Numbered from the stretch's first letter, positions 29,426 through 38,345 are shown. The stretch is 64,000 nt of DNA from an uncultured Solirubrobacteraceae bacterium (GCA_963836035.1 CAWIHX010000005.1:118603-182602), one strand, 5' to 3'. Made by a program: numbers and translations. The notes: generated by a model from the letters alone, not told the origin.

Positions 29426-31072
29426 ATGGCGCGCAAACGAGAGCTACTCGGCATCCCTCCCCAACTCGATGAGGCGGGCTTCTGGGCGCTAGTTGGTGTC
29501 CACGAGACCGGGACCGTCGAGTTCAAGGAGGCCACACCTAAAGCCAAGCCGCTGCAGGAGCCGCTCGTCGCCTTCGCTAACTCGCACGGAGGCATGGTGG
29601 TGGTCGGGGTCGAAGAGGCGCGGCCGCACAGGCTCGTCGGCGTCGACTGGACGCAGGACGATGAGGAGAGGGTCCAGGAGGCGCTCCGCCAGACACAGCC
29701 GCCACTCACCGCGGACATAGCGACTGCCCGCGTAGACGGCAAGACCGTCGCCTTCATCCAGGTTCAACGGCCCGACCAAGGATGGGTCCACACGTCGAAC
29801 GGTCGCCTCGTCATCCGGGCAGGCCCAACAAACCGGGCTCTGGTCGGTGACGAACTCGCCCGCTTTGTGAGAGAGCGCGGCTCCGTGCCGGCTGAGGATC
29901 AGCCTGTGCGCGGGCTGAGTGTCGACGACTTGGACGGCGGCGCGATTCGGGAGTACCTCAAGGCGCGACTCGGTCGAGCCCGGGTCAGTCTGGGGCCGGC
30001 ACTAACCGATGTCGGCTTGGCGAACGCCGAGGGCGAACTGCGGCTGGCGACGGACCTGCTGTTCGGGAAGGAGCCGCAGAAGCGCAATCGTCGCTTCGGA
30101 GTCGTTTTCATGCGATTCGAAGGCTCCGTGGAGTGCGGTGCAAAGCTTCGTGAACGCACTGAGTTGGGGGGGCGACTCCCAACGCTTGTCGCTGACGCCG
30201 ACAAGATGATCTACCGGGAGATGCGTCGAGACGCGGTGGTACGCGGGCTGATTCGCGAGGCCGTGCCGGAGTTTCCACCAGTCGTCATCCGAGAGGCGCT
30301 GCTGAATGCTGTCGGCCACCGGGACTATTCACTGCGAGGCTCGGCAATTCAGGTCCGGCTCTTCGACGACGCCCTTGAGATCGAGAGTCCGGGGATGCTC
30401 CCCGCCTACGTGACTGTCGAGAATCTCCGGGATGCGCAGTACTCCCGCAACGAGCGCATCATGGACGTATTCGAGCGCCTACACCTTGTGGAGGAAGCTG
30501 GAACAGGAATCGACAGGATGATTCAGGAGATGGAGGATGCACTTCTTGATCCTCCTGAATTCGAGGAGCGCGAATCGTCCTTTCTCGTCCGCCTTCGTGG
30601 AACGAGCGTCTTCATGGCCGAGGACCGGCTTTGGATCGCGGACCTAGGGATCTCGTTGAGCTCGGACGCAAAGATCGCGCTCGTCTACGTGAGGCGAAAC
30701 GGATCGATTGGAAACGAAGAACTCCGAAACCTTCGCCGCTTGGACCGCGACGAAAGTCGAGCCGTCCTCCAAGATCTTGTCGCGCGTGACCTTCTCAGAG
30801 TGACCGGGAGAGGCCGAGGCGCGAGGTACATCCTGGGCGACGCAGCCGCCCAGGCGCGTGGGCGCGTAACGCTCGACCACAAGCTGTCGACCATCTTGAG
30901 TCACGCACGACGCACAGGCAGCATCGCCAACTCCGACGTGCGGGGCCTGCTGGGTGTCGACCGCGTTGAGGCTCGTGAGCTCCTACAAGAGCTAACCCGT
31001 GCGGGGTTCATGGAGCCTGTCGGTGAGCGTCGCGCGCGTCGATACCTGCCGCTTGACCCGGTCGAAGCCTAG
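29426..31072 (+). CDS. Schlafen/AlbA_2 - HATPase_c_4 - tandem winged-helix protein (COG2865-like)
   Basis: 'ETGTVEFKE', 'VAFANSHGGMVVVGV', 'REALLNAVGHRDYS', 'SPGML', 'RNERI', 'EEAGTGI', two wHTH-like C-terminal repeats; more A/T-ending codons than neighbours. Confidence 0.88.
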   Translation: MARKRELLGIPPQLDEAGFWALVGVHETGTVEFKEATPKAKPLQEPLVAFANSHGGMVVVGVEEARPHRLVGVDWTQDDEERVQEALRQTQPPLTADIATARVDGKTVAFIQVQRPDQGWVHTSNGRLVIRAGPTNRALVGDELARFVRERGSVPAEDQPVRGLSVDDLDGGAIREYLKARLGRARVSLGPALTDVGLANAEGELRLATDLLFGKEPQKRNRRFGVVFMRFEGSVECGAKLRERTELGGRLPTLVADADKMIYREMRRDAVVRGLIREAVPEFPPVVIREALLNAVGHRDYSLRGSAIQVRLFDDALEIESPGMLPAYVTVENLRDAQYSRNERIMDVFERLHLVEEAGTGIDRMIQEMEDALLDPPEFEERESSFLVRLRGTSVFMAEDRLWIADLGISLSSDAKIALVYVRRNGSIGNEELRNLRRLDRDESRAVLQDLVARDLLRVTGRGRGARYILGDAAAQARGRVTLDHKLSTILSHARRTGSIANSDVRGLLGVDRVEARELLQELTRAGFMEPVGERRARRYLPLDPVEA

Positions 31073-31079
31073 TCTCGAC

Positions 31080-31709
31080 CTAGGCCGCGGCGTCCTCGCG
31101 CAGCCGTACGCCGAGCAGCGCTTCGAGCTCCGGGATCGTCGTCTCCGCGCTCGTGTGGTGGATCGTCGCCATCCCCAGCTCCTCGGCGGGGGCGAGGTTG
31201 AAAGGCAGGTCGTCGACATAGACGGCGGCCTCGGGCTCGGCGCCCGCGCGCTCGGCGCCGAGCTCGTACATCCGCACGGCGGGCTTGCGGATGCCCTCTT
31301 CCGCGGAGATCACGACGCCGTCGAACAACTCGTCGAAGAGGTCGTGCGGATAGCGGTGGACTCCCCAGGAGTTCGAGATCAGCCCCGTGCGGATCCCGGC
31401 CTGGCGGGCCATGCGCACCGCGTGGACCATCTCCGTGTCCGGCTCGACGCCCGCGAACAGGCCGTCGATCAGCCCGTCGGGCTCGACCTCCAGCATCGGG
31501 GCGAAGCGCTGCTCGAACCCGGCCTCGTCGAGGTCGCCGGTCTCGAGCGCCACCAGCAGCTTGCGCGCCTCGGGGTCGGTGCGGAAGCGTCCGAGGAGCA
31601 GCTTCGGGTCGATCTCGGCTTTCAGGCAGTAGTCGTGGAAGGACGTAAACAGGTTCGTCGTCAGCACGCCGCCCCAGTCGATCAGCAGCGCCGAGCGCTC
31701 AGGCGCCAT
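31080..31709 (-). CDS. HAD family phosphatase
   Basis: 'LLIDWGGVL', 'ISN', 'GIRKP', 'VDDLPFN'. Confidence 0.9.
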   Translation of the reverse strand: MAPERSALLIDWGGVLTTNLFTSFHDYCLKAEIDPKLLLGRFRTDPEARKLLVALETGDLDEAGFEQRFAPMLEVEPDGLIDGLFAGVEPDTEMVHAVRMARQAGIRTGLISNSWGVHRYPHDLFDELFDGVVISAEEGIRKPAVRMYELGAERAGAEPEAAVYVDDLPFNLAPAEELGMATIHHTSAETTIPELEALLGVRLREDAAA

Positions 31710-32784
31710 GAGCCACCGCCTCGGCCTGTCGGGCCAGCTCCAGCACGCCCTCGCCGAACGTCTTCAGGTAGGGGTCGTCCGTCGTGCCGCTGACGGCGCG
31801 CTTGTAGTTGCCCTCCATGAACACGACGCTCTTCCACAGCGCGAGCGTCGTGTACCAGCGGATGTTGCTCATCGAGCGCCCCGAGCGCTCCTCGTAGCGC
31901 GCGATCAGCTCGCTGCGCGTCGGGAAGCCCTCCGCGCGGGTGACGCTGCCGAGGTCGCCGCGCAGCCCCTCGACGGGATCGTCGGCGTCGGTCCAGAACA
32001 TGCACAGGTAGCCGAGGTCGGCGAGCGGGTCGCCGATCGTCGCCATCTCCCAGTCGAGCACCGCTGCGAGACGGGCGGGCGCGCCCGGTGCGTAGATCGT
32101 GTTGCCGAGGCGGAAGTCGCCGTGCACGATCGTCGCCGGCCCCGACTCGGGCATGTTCTCCGAGAGCCAGGCGGCGACGCTCTCGACGGCCGGGATCTCG
32201 CGTGTCTTGTTGATGTCCCACAGGCCGAGGAAGCGGCGCAGCTGGCGTTCCAGGTAGCCGGTCGGCTTGCCGAACCCCTCGAGGCCGACGGCGGTCCAGT
32301 CGACGGCGTGGATCTCGACGAGGGCGTCGATCAGCTCGTGCGCGGTGCGCTCCCGCTGCTCGGGGGTGTCGAGCGCCTCCGGCATGATCGTGACGATCAC
32401 GTCGCCCTCGACGCGCTCCATCACGTAGAAGGGCGCGCCGATGATCTGCTCGTCGGAGCCCACCGCGAGCACGTCGGGGACGCGCGCGGGCGTTGCCGCC
32501 AGCGCTCGCAGCAGGCGCGCCTCTCGCAGCACGTCGTGCGCGCTCGGCGGCAGCGGCGGGCGCGGAGGGCGGCGGAGCACGAACTCGTCCCCGCCGCGCT
32601 CGATCAGGTAGGTGACGTTCGAGTGGCCCTCGCCGATCGGGCTCGCGCGCACCTCGCCGTGGCCGAGCTCGTGCTCGTCGAGGAAGGCCTCGAGTGGATC
32701 GAGCACGAGCAGAGGAGGACGGCTGTTAGCCTGCCCGTCCTCCGTCGTGCGGACGATGTCGTCTGGCGCGACCGGGGCGCTCAC
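31699..32784 (-). CDS. APH-like phosphotransferase (ACAD10/11 kinase-domain-like)
   Basis: 'GHSNVTY', 'VLRRPP', 'HDVLRE', 'VHGDFRLGN', 'LDWEMATIGDPLADL'; TAGGTT box 7 nt before GTG. Confidence 0.9.
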   Translation of the reverse strand: MSAPVAPDDIVRTTEDGQANSRPPLLVLDPLEAFLDEHELGHGEVRASPIGEGHSNVTYLIERGGDEFVLRRPPRPPLPPSAHDVLREARLLRALAATPARVPDVLAVGSDEQIIGAPFYVMERVEGDVIVTIMPEALDTPEQRERTAHELIDALVEIHAVDWTAVGLEGFGKPTGYLERQLRRFLGLWDINKTREIPAVESVAAWLSENMPESGPATIVHGDFRLGNTIYAPGAPARLAAVLDWEMATIGDPLADLGYLCMFWTDADDPVEGLRGDLGSVTRAEGFPTRSELIARYEERSGRSMSNIRWYTTLALWKSVVFMEGNYKRAVSGTTDDPYLKTFGEGVLELARQAEAVAHGA

Positions 32785-32840
32785 GGACGAGAACCTATAT
32801 CGACCGCAACCTTCCCTGCGCTGAGGTGTCTCAACGGACC

Positions 32841-34289
32841 ATGCCCAGACTCCGCTCCCTCTCACTCTCGCTCCTGCTCGTGCTGATCGGCACGGCCCTG
32901 GCCGTCCCCGCCGGGGCCTCCGCATCACAGGGCCAGACCACCTACTTCGAGGCGGGCGCGACGCTGCTCGACAGCCGCACCCAGGCGAAGGACTTCTCGC
33001 AGATGCAGGCGCTCGGCGTCAAAGCCCTGCGCGTGGAGCTGTCCTGGGCCTCGGTCGTGCCCTCGGCCGGCAGCTCGACCAAGCCTGCGTTCGACGCCAC
33101 CGACCCGGCCTCGTACAACTGGGCGCTCTACGCCCCCGTGATCCAGCGGGCGCAGATCCTGCACTGGCCGGTGCTGGTGACCGTCACCTCTCCCGTCCCG
33201 CGCTGGGCGACGTCGAACAAGAAAGCGCCGTACGTGACGCGCCCGGACCAGCGCGACTTCCAGGAATTCATGACCGCCGCGGGACGCGAGTTCGGCTCGC
33301 AGGTCGCGGTGTGGTCGATCTGGAACGAGCCCAACCACCCGGCCTTCCTGATGCCGCAATGGCGCTCCAACGGCAAGCCGGCCTCGCCGCGCATCTACCG
33401 CGGCCTCTACCAGTCCGGCTACGCGGGCCTCGTCGCGAGCGGGCTCAGCCACCCGAAGGTGCTGTTCGGGGAGACCGCGCCGACGGGCTTCGACACCGTC
33501 AACCCCCGCCGCGAACACTCCCGTGCGTTCCTGCACGACGTCGCGCCGCTCGCGTTCCTGCGCGAAGCGCTGTGCCTGAACGCCCACTACCGCCGCGCGG
33601 GCTCCTGCGGCAAGCTGCAGATGAGCGGCTACGCCCACCACGCCTACACCAAGGCCGTGAACCCGCACTGGGTCAGCTCCAAACGCGACGACGTGACGAT
33701 CGGCTCGCTCTCGCGCCTCTCGCGCGCACTCAACCTCGCGGCGCGGAAACACGCGATCCCGTCACACCTGCCGATCTACCTCACCGAGTTCGGGGTGCAG
33801 AGCTTCCCAAACCACGAACTCGGTGTCTCGGCCGGCAAGCAGGCCGAATACGACGCGATCGCCGAACACATCGCGTGGTCGAACCCGCGCGTCGCCGCCT
33901 TCTCGCAGTACCTGCTCAAGGATGACCCGCTGGGCGGCAAACCGGGTTCGAGCGTCGCCGGCGGCTCGGTCGGCTTCCAGACCGGGCTCGAGTACGTCAG
34001 CGGCAAGCCCAAGCCGCTCTTCGCCGCATGGCCGCTGCCGCTGACCGTGAACCGCAGCCACGGCGGCTACTCGCTCTGGGGCCTCGTGCGCCCGGCGACC
34101 GGCTCGACCAAGGTCACCGTGCTCGTGCAGCGCAAGGGCTCGCGCGCATGGCGGGTCCTGAAGACGGTCAGCACCAACAGCCGCGGCTACTGGGCGCTCA
34201 GCTCGCACACGGCGGGCAGGGCCTGGCGCGTCCGCTGGAAGAGCCCGCAGGGCAAGAGCTACGAGGCGCCGGCCGTCCACGCGTACTAG
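32841..34289 (+). CDS. Secreted clan GH-A glycoside hydrolase (GH5/GH39-like) with C-terminal beta domain
   Basis: Signal peptide ending 'AGASA'; acid/base 'WNEPN'; nucleophile 'LTEFG'. Confidence 0.75.
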   Translation: MPRLRSLSLSLLLVLIGTALAVPAGASASQGQTTYFEAGATLLDSRTQAKDFSQMQALGVKALRVELSWASVVPSAGSSTKPAFDATDPASYNWALYAPVIQRAQILHWPVLVTVTSPVPRWATSNKKAPYVTRPDQRDFQEFMTAAGREFGSQVAVWSIWNEPNHPAFLMPQWRSNGKPASPRIYRGLYQSGYAGLVASGLSHPKVLFGETAPTGFDTVNPRREHSRAFLHDVAPLAFLREALCLNAHYRRAGSCGKLQMSGYAHHAYTKAVNPHWVSSKRDDVTIGSLSRLSRALNLAARKHAIPSHLPIYLTEFGVQSFPNHELGVSAGKQAEYDAIAEHIAWSNPRVAAFSQYLLKDDPLGGKPGSSVAGGSVGFQTGLEYVSGKPKPLFAAWPLPLTVNRSHGGYSLWGLVRPATGSTKVTVLVQRKGSRAWRVLKTVSTNSRGYWALSSHTAGRAWRVRWKSPQGKSYEAPAVHAY

Positions 34290-34328
34290 GAGGGTCGGCC
34301 GCCTTCGAGGGGGAGGGGAGAGGGACCA

Positions 34329-34361
34329 CGTAGGGCGGCCCGGCGCGCGGGCCGCCCTACG
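34329..34361. terminator. Perfect 13-bp inverted repeat, terminator-like; right arm overlaps the next -10 box
   Basis: CGTAGGGCGGCCC (34329-34341) / GGGCCGCCCTACG (34349-34361). Confidence 0.5.
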
Positions 34362-34369
34362 ATGGCTGC

Positions 34370-35242
34370 ATGCCCGAGCTACCCGAGGTCGAGATCACCG
34401 CACGCCTGCTCGACCGCGCGCTCGGCGGCCGGCGCATCGACTCGGCGCTCGCGCCGGGCATCAACGCGCTGAAGACGTATGACCCGCCCCTGAGCGCGCT
34501 CGAAGGCCGCGCGATCGAGGGCGTTCGCCGTCGCGGCAAGAACCTGATCGTCGACGTGGACGGCGATCTCGCTCTCCTGATTCACCTCATGTCTGCGGGG
34601 CGGCTGCAGCTCTTCGACAAGCCCGCCGGCCCGCGCGACCGCACCTCGCGCCTGCTCGTGCGGATCGAGCCGCTGCCCGGAGAGGAGGAGCGCCCGGAGC
34701 TGCGCCTGCGCGAGTTCGGCTCCAAGCAGGCGGCGTGGGTGAAGCTGCTCGCAGCCGGCGAGCTGGACCAGGACGAAGCGCTTGCCAAGCTCGGCCCGGA
34801 GGCGTGGCCGGACCCCGGCAGTGCGGAGCAGCTGCGCGAGCTGCTCGACGCGCCGCGGCCCCTGCACTCGCTGCTGCGCGACCAGCGCACGATCGCGGGG
34901 ATCGGGCGCTCCTGGGTCGACGAGATCCTGTGGGAGGCGCGCCTCTCGCCCTACAAGCGCGGCGCGGACCTCGATGCGCAGGAGGCGGCCGCGTTACGCG
35001 AGGCGATCGTGGCCACGCTCGGTGGCGCGCTGGCCCACTACGAGCAGGCGATCTCCCTGCCGATCCCCGACAAGCTGCCGATGCCGCTGAAGGTCCATCG
35101 CCACGAGGGCGAGCCGTGCCCGCGGTGCGGCGAGACCTTGCGCGCGGTGCACTTCGAGGACTACGTCGTTGCCTACTGCCCCCGCGAGCAGACCGAGGGC
35201 CGCGTGCTCAAGGACCGACGGCTCTCGCGGCTTCTGAAGTAG
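34370..35242 (+). CDS. Fpg/Nei family DNA glycosylase (Fpg2-like)
   Basis: N-terminal 'MPELPEVE', 'RRGK', 'HLMSAGRL', H2TH 'IAGIG', C-terminal 'DRRLSRLLK'. Confidence 0.9.
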   Translation: MPELPEVEITARLLDRALGGRRIDSALAPGINALKTYDPPLSALEGRAIEGVRRRGKNLIVDVDGDLALLIHLMSAGRLQLFDKPAGPRDRTSRLLVRIEPLPGEEERPELRLREFGSKQAAWVKLLAAGELDQDEALAKLGPEAWPDPGSAEQLRELLDAPRPLHSLLRDQRTIAGIGRSWVDEILWEARLSPYKRGADLDAQEAAALREAIVATLGGALAHYEQAISLPIPDKLPMPLKVHRHEGEPCPRCGETLRAVHFEDYVVAYCPREQTEGRVLKDRRLSRLLK

Positions 35243-35249
35243 GGCGGGC

Positions 35250-35280
35250 GCGGCCCCGGCCCTTTGAGGACCGGGGCCGC
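35250..35280. terminator. GC-rich hairpin after the Fpg/Nei gene
   Basis: GCGGCCCCGG (35250-35259) / CCGGGGCCGC (35271-35280), extended by CCT/AGG. Confidence 0.55.
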
Positions 35281-35374
35281 CACCCATCACACCTCTGGGA
35301 CGGGAAGAGGTGCTCCTGACCCGGGGTGCGCAAAACCCCAATCTGAGCCGCGGTGGCGGGGATAGACTCACGCG

Positions 35375-36679
35375 ATGGGGAGAGGCGCTTCTCGGACCGC
35401 GCTGGCGGCGCTACGGCTCCTCCCACGCCGCCGCGCGTGCTCCGTCGCTGCGTCGGCGCTGTTCTGCGTGCTCCTGGCGGGCGCGCTTCCCGCCGCGTCT
35501 CAGGCCGCCGAAATCCCCGGCGACCGCGGCTACCTGATGCCCCAAGTGCCGTCCGGCATCGGCGTGGGCATGGCCCAGAACTACGACGTCAAGGAAAAGT
35601 CGAGCGAGGTGGGCCGGATCGATTACGTCTGGGGAGCCAGCTCTCCGCCCGCCCCTGCGAGCGTCTACAACACGGCGTATCTGAAGTACGCGCGCGACCA
35701 GCTGGAAGTGCACCCGCTCTCGTGGTGGACGGCGAACCATCCCACGTGGATCGAGTACAAGTGCCCAAAGGGCAAGGGTAAACGCAAGAGCAAGCCCGCC
35801 TACCAGTTCGGTCACAAGAACGTCCCGCTGGACATCAGCAACCCCGAAGTGCTGGCCTACCAGTGGCAGGAAGAGATCGAGCCGCGCCTCGCCGAAGGCT
35901 ATGCCGGCATGGCGTTGGACAATCTCGAACTGACGAACGAATCCGGGCGCTGCGGCCACTTCGACGCCGCGGGCACATGGGTCCAGCAGTACACCGGCAC
36001 CTCCGGCGATCCGGCGTTCACGCAGTCGGTTCTGGAATGGCTTGCCACGACGCGTGACGAGATCCACGCCTACTCGCCGACGGCGACGGTCTCGATCAAC
36101 TACTCCTACGATCCGCGCGTCAGCGCGGCGGAGAACATGGCGCTGATGGAAGATGCCGACCTCGTCTTCGACGAGCGCGGAGTGACCAACTGGGGGCAGG
36201 CCGGCAACGACCGTCTGGCGCCCGCGCTGTGGCTCGAGGTCTACGAATCGGCGGTCGCGTTGCAGCGAGAGGGGTCCTGCTACGACCTCAACAACGAGTT
36301 CCCCGGCCTATCGACCTCGATCCCGGGGGGCGAACTCGAATGGGCGATCGCCAACTACCTGCTGATCAAGGGCGACTGCGCGTACATCTCGATCAGCGGC
36401 TTCCGTGGCAAGAAGCTGAACCAGCAGGACTACGGCGTCCTGCACTGGTATCCGCAGTACGAAAGAGCGATCGGAGAACCCGCCGGCCCGGCCGCCGAGC
36501 AGCCCTCCGGCGCCTACCTGCGCGAATTCACCGGTGGCGTGGCGCTCGTCAACCCGACGCTCGCCGCGGCGGAAGTCAGCCTGCCGCCGGGGCAGTGGTA
36601 CGACGCGTCGGGCGAACAACTCAGCGGCTCGACGGAGCTGGCCCCCCAGCAGGGGGCTGTGCTCACGAGCTCGCCGTAG
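35375..36679 (+). CDS. Secreted putative glycoside hydrolase (GHL15-like TIM barrel)
   Basis: Signal peptide; 'LDISNPEV', 'GYAGMALDN', 'VFDERG', 'AIANYLL', 'YLREFTGGVALVNP'; TAGACT box 6 nt before ATG. Confidence 0.65.
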   Translation: MGRGASRTALAALRLLPRRRACSVAASALFCVLLAGALPAASQAAEIPGDRGYLMPQVPSGIGVGMAQNYDVKEKSSEVGRIDYVWGASSPPAPASVYNTAYLKYARDQLEVHPLSWWTANHPTWIEYKCPKGKGKRKSKPAYQFGHKNVPLDISNPEVLAYQWQEEIEPRLAEGYAGMALDNLELTNESGRCGHFDAAGTWVQQYTGTSGDPAFTQSVLEWLATTRDEIHAYSPTATVSINYSYDPRVSAAENMALMEDADLVFDERGVTNWGQAGNDRLAPALWLEVYESAVALQREGSCYDLNNEFPGLSTSIPGGELEWAIANYLLIKGDCAYISISGFRGKKLNQQDYGVLHWYPQYERAIGEPAGPAAEQPSGAYLREFTGGVALVNPTLAAAEVSLPPGQWYDASGEQLSGSTELAPQQGAVLTSSP

Positions 36680-36728
36680 CTTCGCTCTGGGGTAGGGCGG
36701 GGCGCTCCCGGCGGGCTACGATGCCGCC

Positions 36729-37205
36729 ATGATCGAGCCAGGCGAGAAGGCCCCCGACTTCGAGCTCCCCGACCAGGACGGCCGCTCCGTGAAGCCCGGC
36801 GACTTCGCCGGCCAGATGCTCGTCCTCTACTTCTATCCCAAGGCCGCAACGCCGGGGTGCACGACGCAGGCCTGCGGCGTGCGCGACCACCTCACCGACT
36901 ACTCGGACGCCGGCGCCGTTGTCCTCGGCGTCTCACCCGACCCGGTCGCGAAGGTCAAGAAGTTCCACGAAAAGCAGGGCCTGAACTTCTCGCTGCTCGC
37001 CGACGAGGACCACGCGGTCGCCGACGCGTACGGGGTGTGGGTGGAGAAGTCGATGTACGGCAGGAAGTACTTCGGCAACGAGCGCACGACGTTCGTGATC
37101 GGGCCCGACGGCGTCGTCGCGAGCGTGCTGCGCAAGGTCAAGCCCGCCGAGCACGACGAGCGTGTGCTCGCGGCTCTGCGCGACGCTGCCCCGCCGGTCG
37201 TCTGA
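36729..37205 (+). CDS. bcp: Thioredoxin-dependent thiol peroxidase (BCP)
   Basis: 'FYPKAATPGCTTQAC', 'ERTTFVIG'. Confidence 0.95.
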   Translation: MIEPGEKAPDFELPDQDGRSVKPGDFAGQMLVLYFYPKAATPGCTTQACGVRDHLTDYSDAGAVVLGVSPDPVAKVKKFHEKQGLNFSLLADEDHAVADAYGVWVEKSMYGRKYFGNERTTFVIGPDGVVASVLRKVKPAEHDERVLAALRDAAPPVV

Positions 37206-37470
37206 GGGGCTTTCTCACCGTCTGTTGGAAGCGAGTACCCCGGACGCGGGAAACACGGATGTCGCCTGTCTGACTCCGCCTCGATACCGGACGGATGATG
37301 CCGGCGTCGAGACATCAACGATTTGTTAGGGTTTCGCGCGCCGCGGCTTGGCCGTGGGTGCCCGGAAGGGGGGTCGACTTTGGAGGGTCGCCAGCAGTCC
37401 GGGGGTTCATGCCGTCAAAGCTCTCGCACGGGACGGCCGGAGGGGTCTGCCCGCGCACGAAAGGATCTAC

Positions 37471-38334
37471 ATGAAGCGCTGGACACGTCAACCATCTCCG
37501 CGACGGGGGCTCCTCGCCGCCGCCGTGGCGGTCGGCCTGCTGCTCGCGATCGGGGCCGCTCCTGCGGCGTCCGGCGCGGCGACGCTGCCGACTCTCAACG
37601 TCTCGGTCTCGAAGACCGCGATCGCTGCTTCCGGCTCAACCGTCTCGGGGGCAGTCAACATCGTCACGACAGCCCAGAAGGGCCTGAAGGAACCGGCTGT
37701 CATCCTGTTCCTGCTCAAGCCCGGCGTCACGCCGGCTGAATTCGAAGCGTTCGCGAAATCGAAGAAGTTCTCCGACCCCAACAACGCCGACAAGCTCGGC
37801 TCGATCGTCTTCGACAACGAAGGCGTGCCCGGGGGCACGAGCGAAGCGCAGACCGTGCTCGCGCCCGGCACCTACATCCTGCTGAACGCCGAAGGCGAAA
37901 GCCCGACCAACCCGCCGCACTCGGTTCTGACGATCACGGCCGCGCCGGCTCCCGCCGCGCTGCCGGCGGCGCAGGCCGTCGAGAAGACGATCGAGTTCGG
38001 CTTCCGCGGACCCACCACGCTGAAAGTCGGCGAGGTCGTGCGCTTCGAAAACGAAGGCTTCCTCGTTCACATGAACGTCGCCTTCCCCGTCAAGAGCAAG
38101 CGCGCTGCCACCAAGGCGGTCCGCCTGATGAAGGAAGGCAAGGAAAAGAAGGTCTTCAAGCTGGTCAGCGGGCAGCCGTTCAGCTTCTACGGCCCGCTCA
38201 GCACCGACGCCTACCAGCAGGAGACGATCACGCAGAAGCCGGGCTGGTACATCCAGGCCTGCTTCATGGCCACGCAGGACGGTCGCGTTCACACCTCCCT
38301 CGGGATGGAGCGCGCCTTCCACATCGTCAAGTAG
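37471..38334 (+). CDS. Secreted two-domain cupredoxin-like protein
   Basis: Signal peptide with RR; C-terminal 'FLVHM' plus 'PGWYIQACF...VHTSLGM' (His, Cys, His, Met); AAAGGA RBS. Confidence 0.65.
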   Translation: MKRWTRQPSPRRGLLAAAVAVGLLLAIGAAPAASGAATLPTLNVSVSKTAIAASGSTVSGAVNIVTTAQKGLKEPAVILFLLKPGVTPAEFEAFAKSKKFSDPNNADKLGSIVFDNEGVPGGTSEAQTVLAPGTYILLNAEGESPTNPPHSVLTITAAPAPAALPAAQAVEKTIEFGFRGPTTLKVGEVVRFENEGFLVHMNVAFPVKSKRAATKAVRLMKEGKEKKVFKLVSGQPFSFYGPLSTDAYQQETITQKPGWYIQACFMATQDGRVHTSLGMERAFHIVK

Positions 38335-38345
38335 CAAGCGGCGAA

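Noticed and set aside
35321-35350. GGGGTGC...CTGAG resembling a TPP riboswitch
   Set aside because: ATACCC, CCTGAT and the P4/P5 elements are absent, and the downstream gene appears leaderless
35277-35360. tRNA-like reading on the minus strand (GGCTCAG, then a 5-bp stem with 7-nt loop TTTGCGC)
   Set aside because: No D-arm stem, no TTCRA T-loop and no proper acceptor geometry; kept only as an sRNA candidate
37355-37415. Minus-strand CCCCGGACTGCTGGCGACCCTCC resembling part of a SAM-IV riboswitch
   Set aside because: Partial match only, and no minus-strand gene lies downstream
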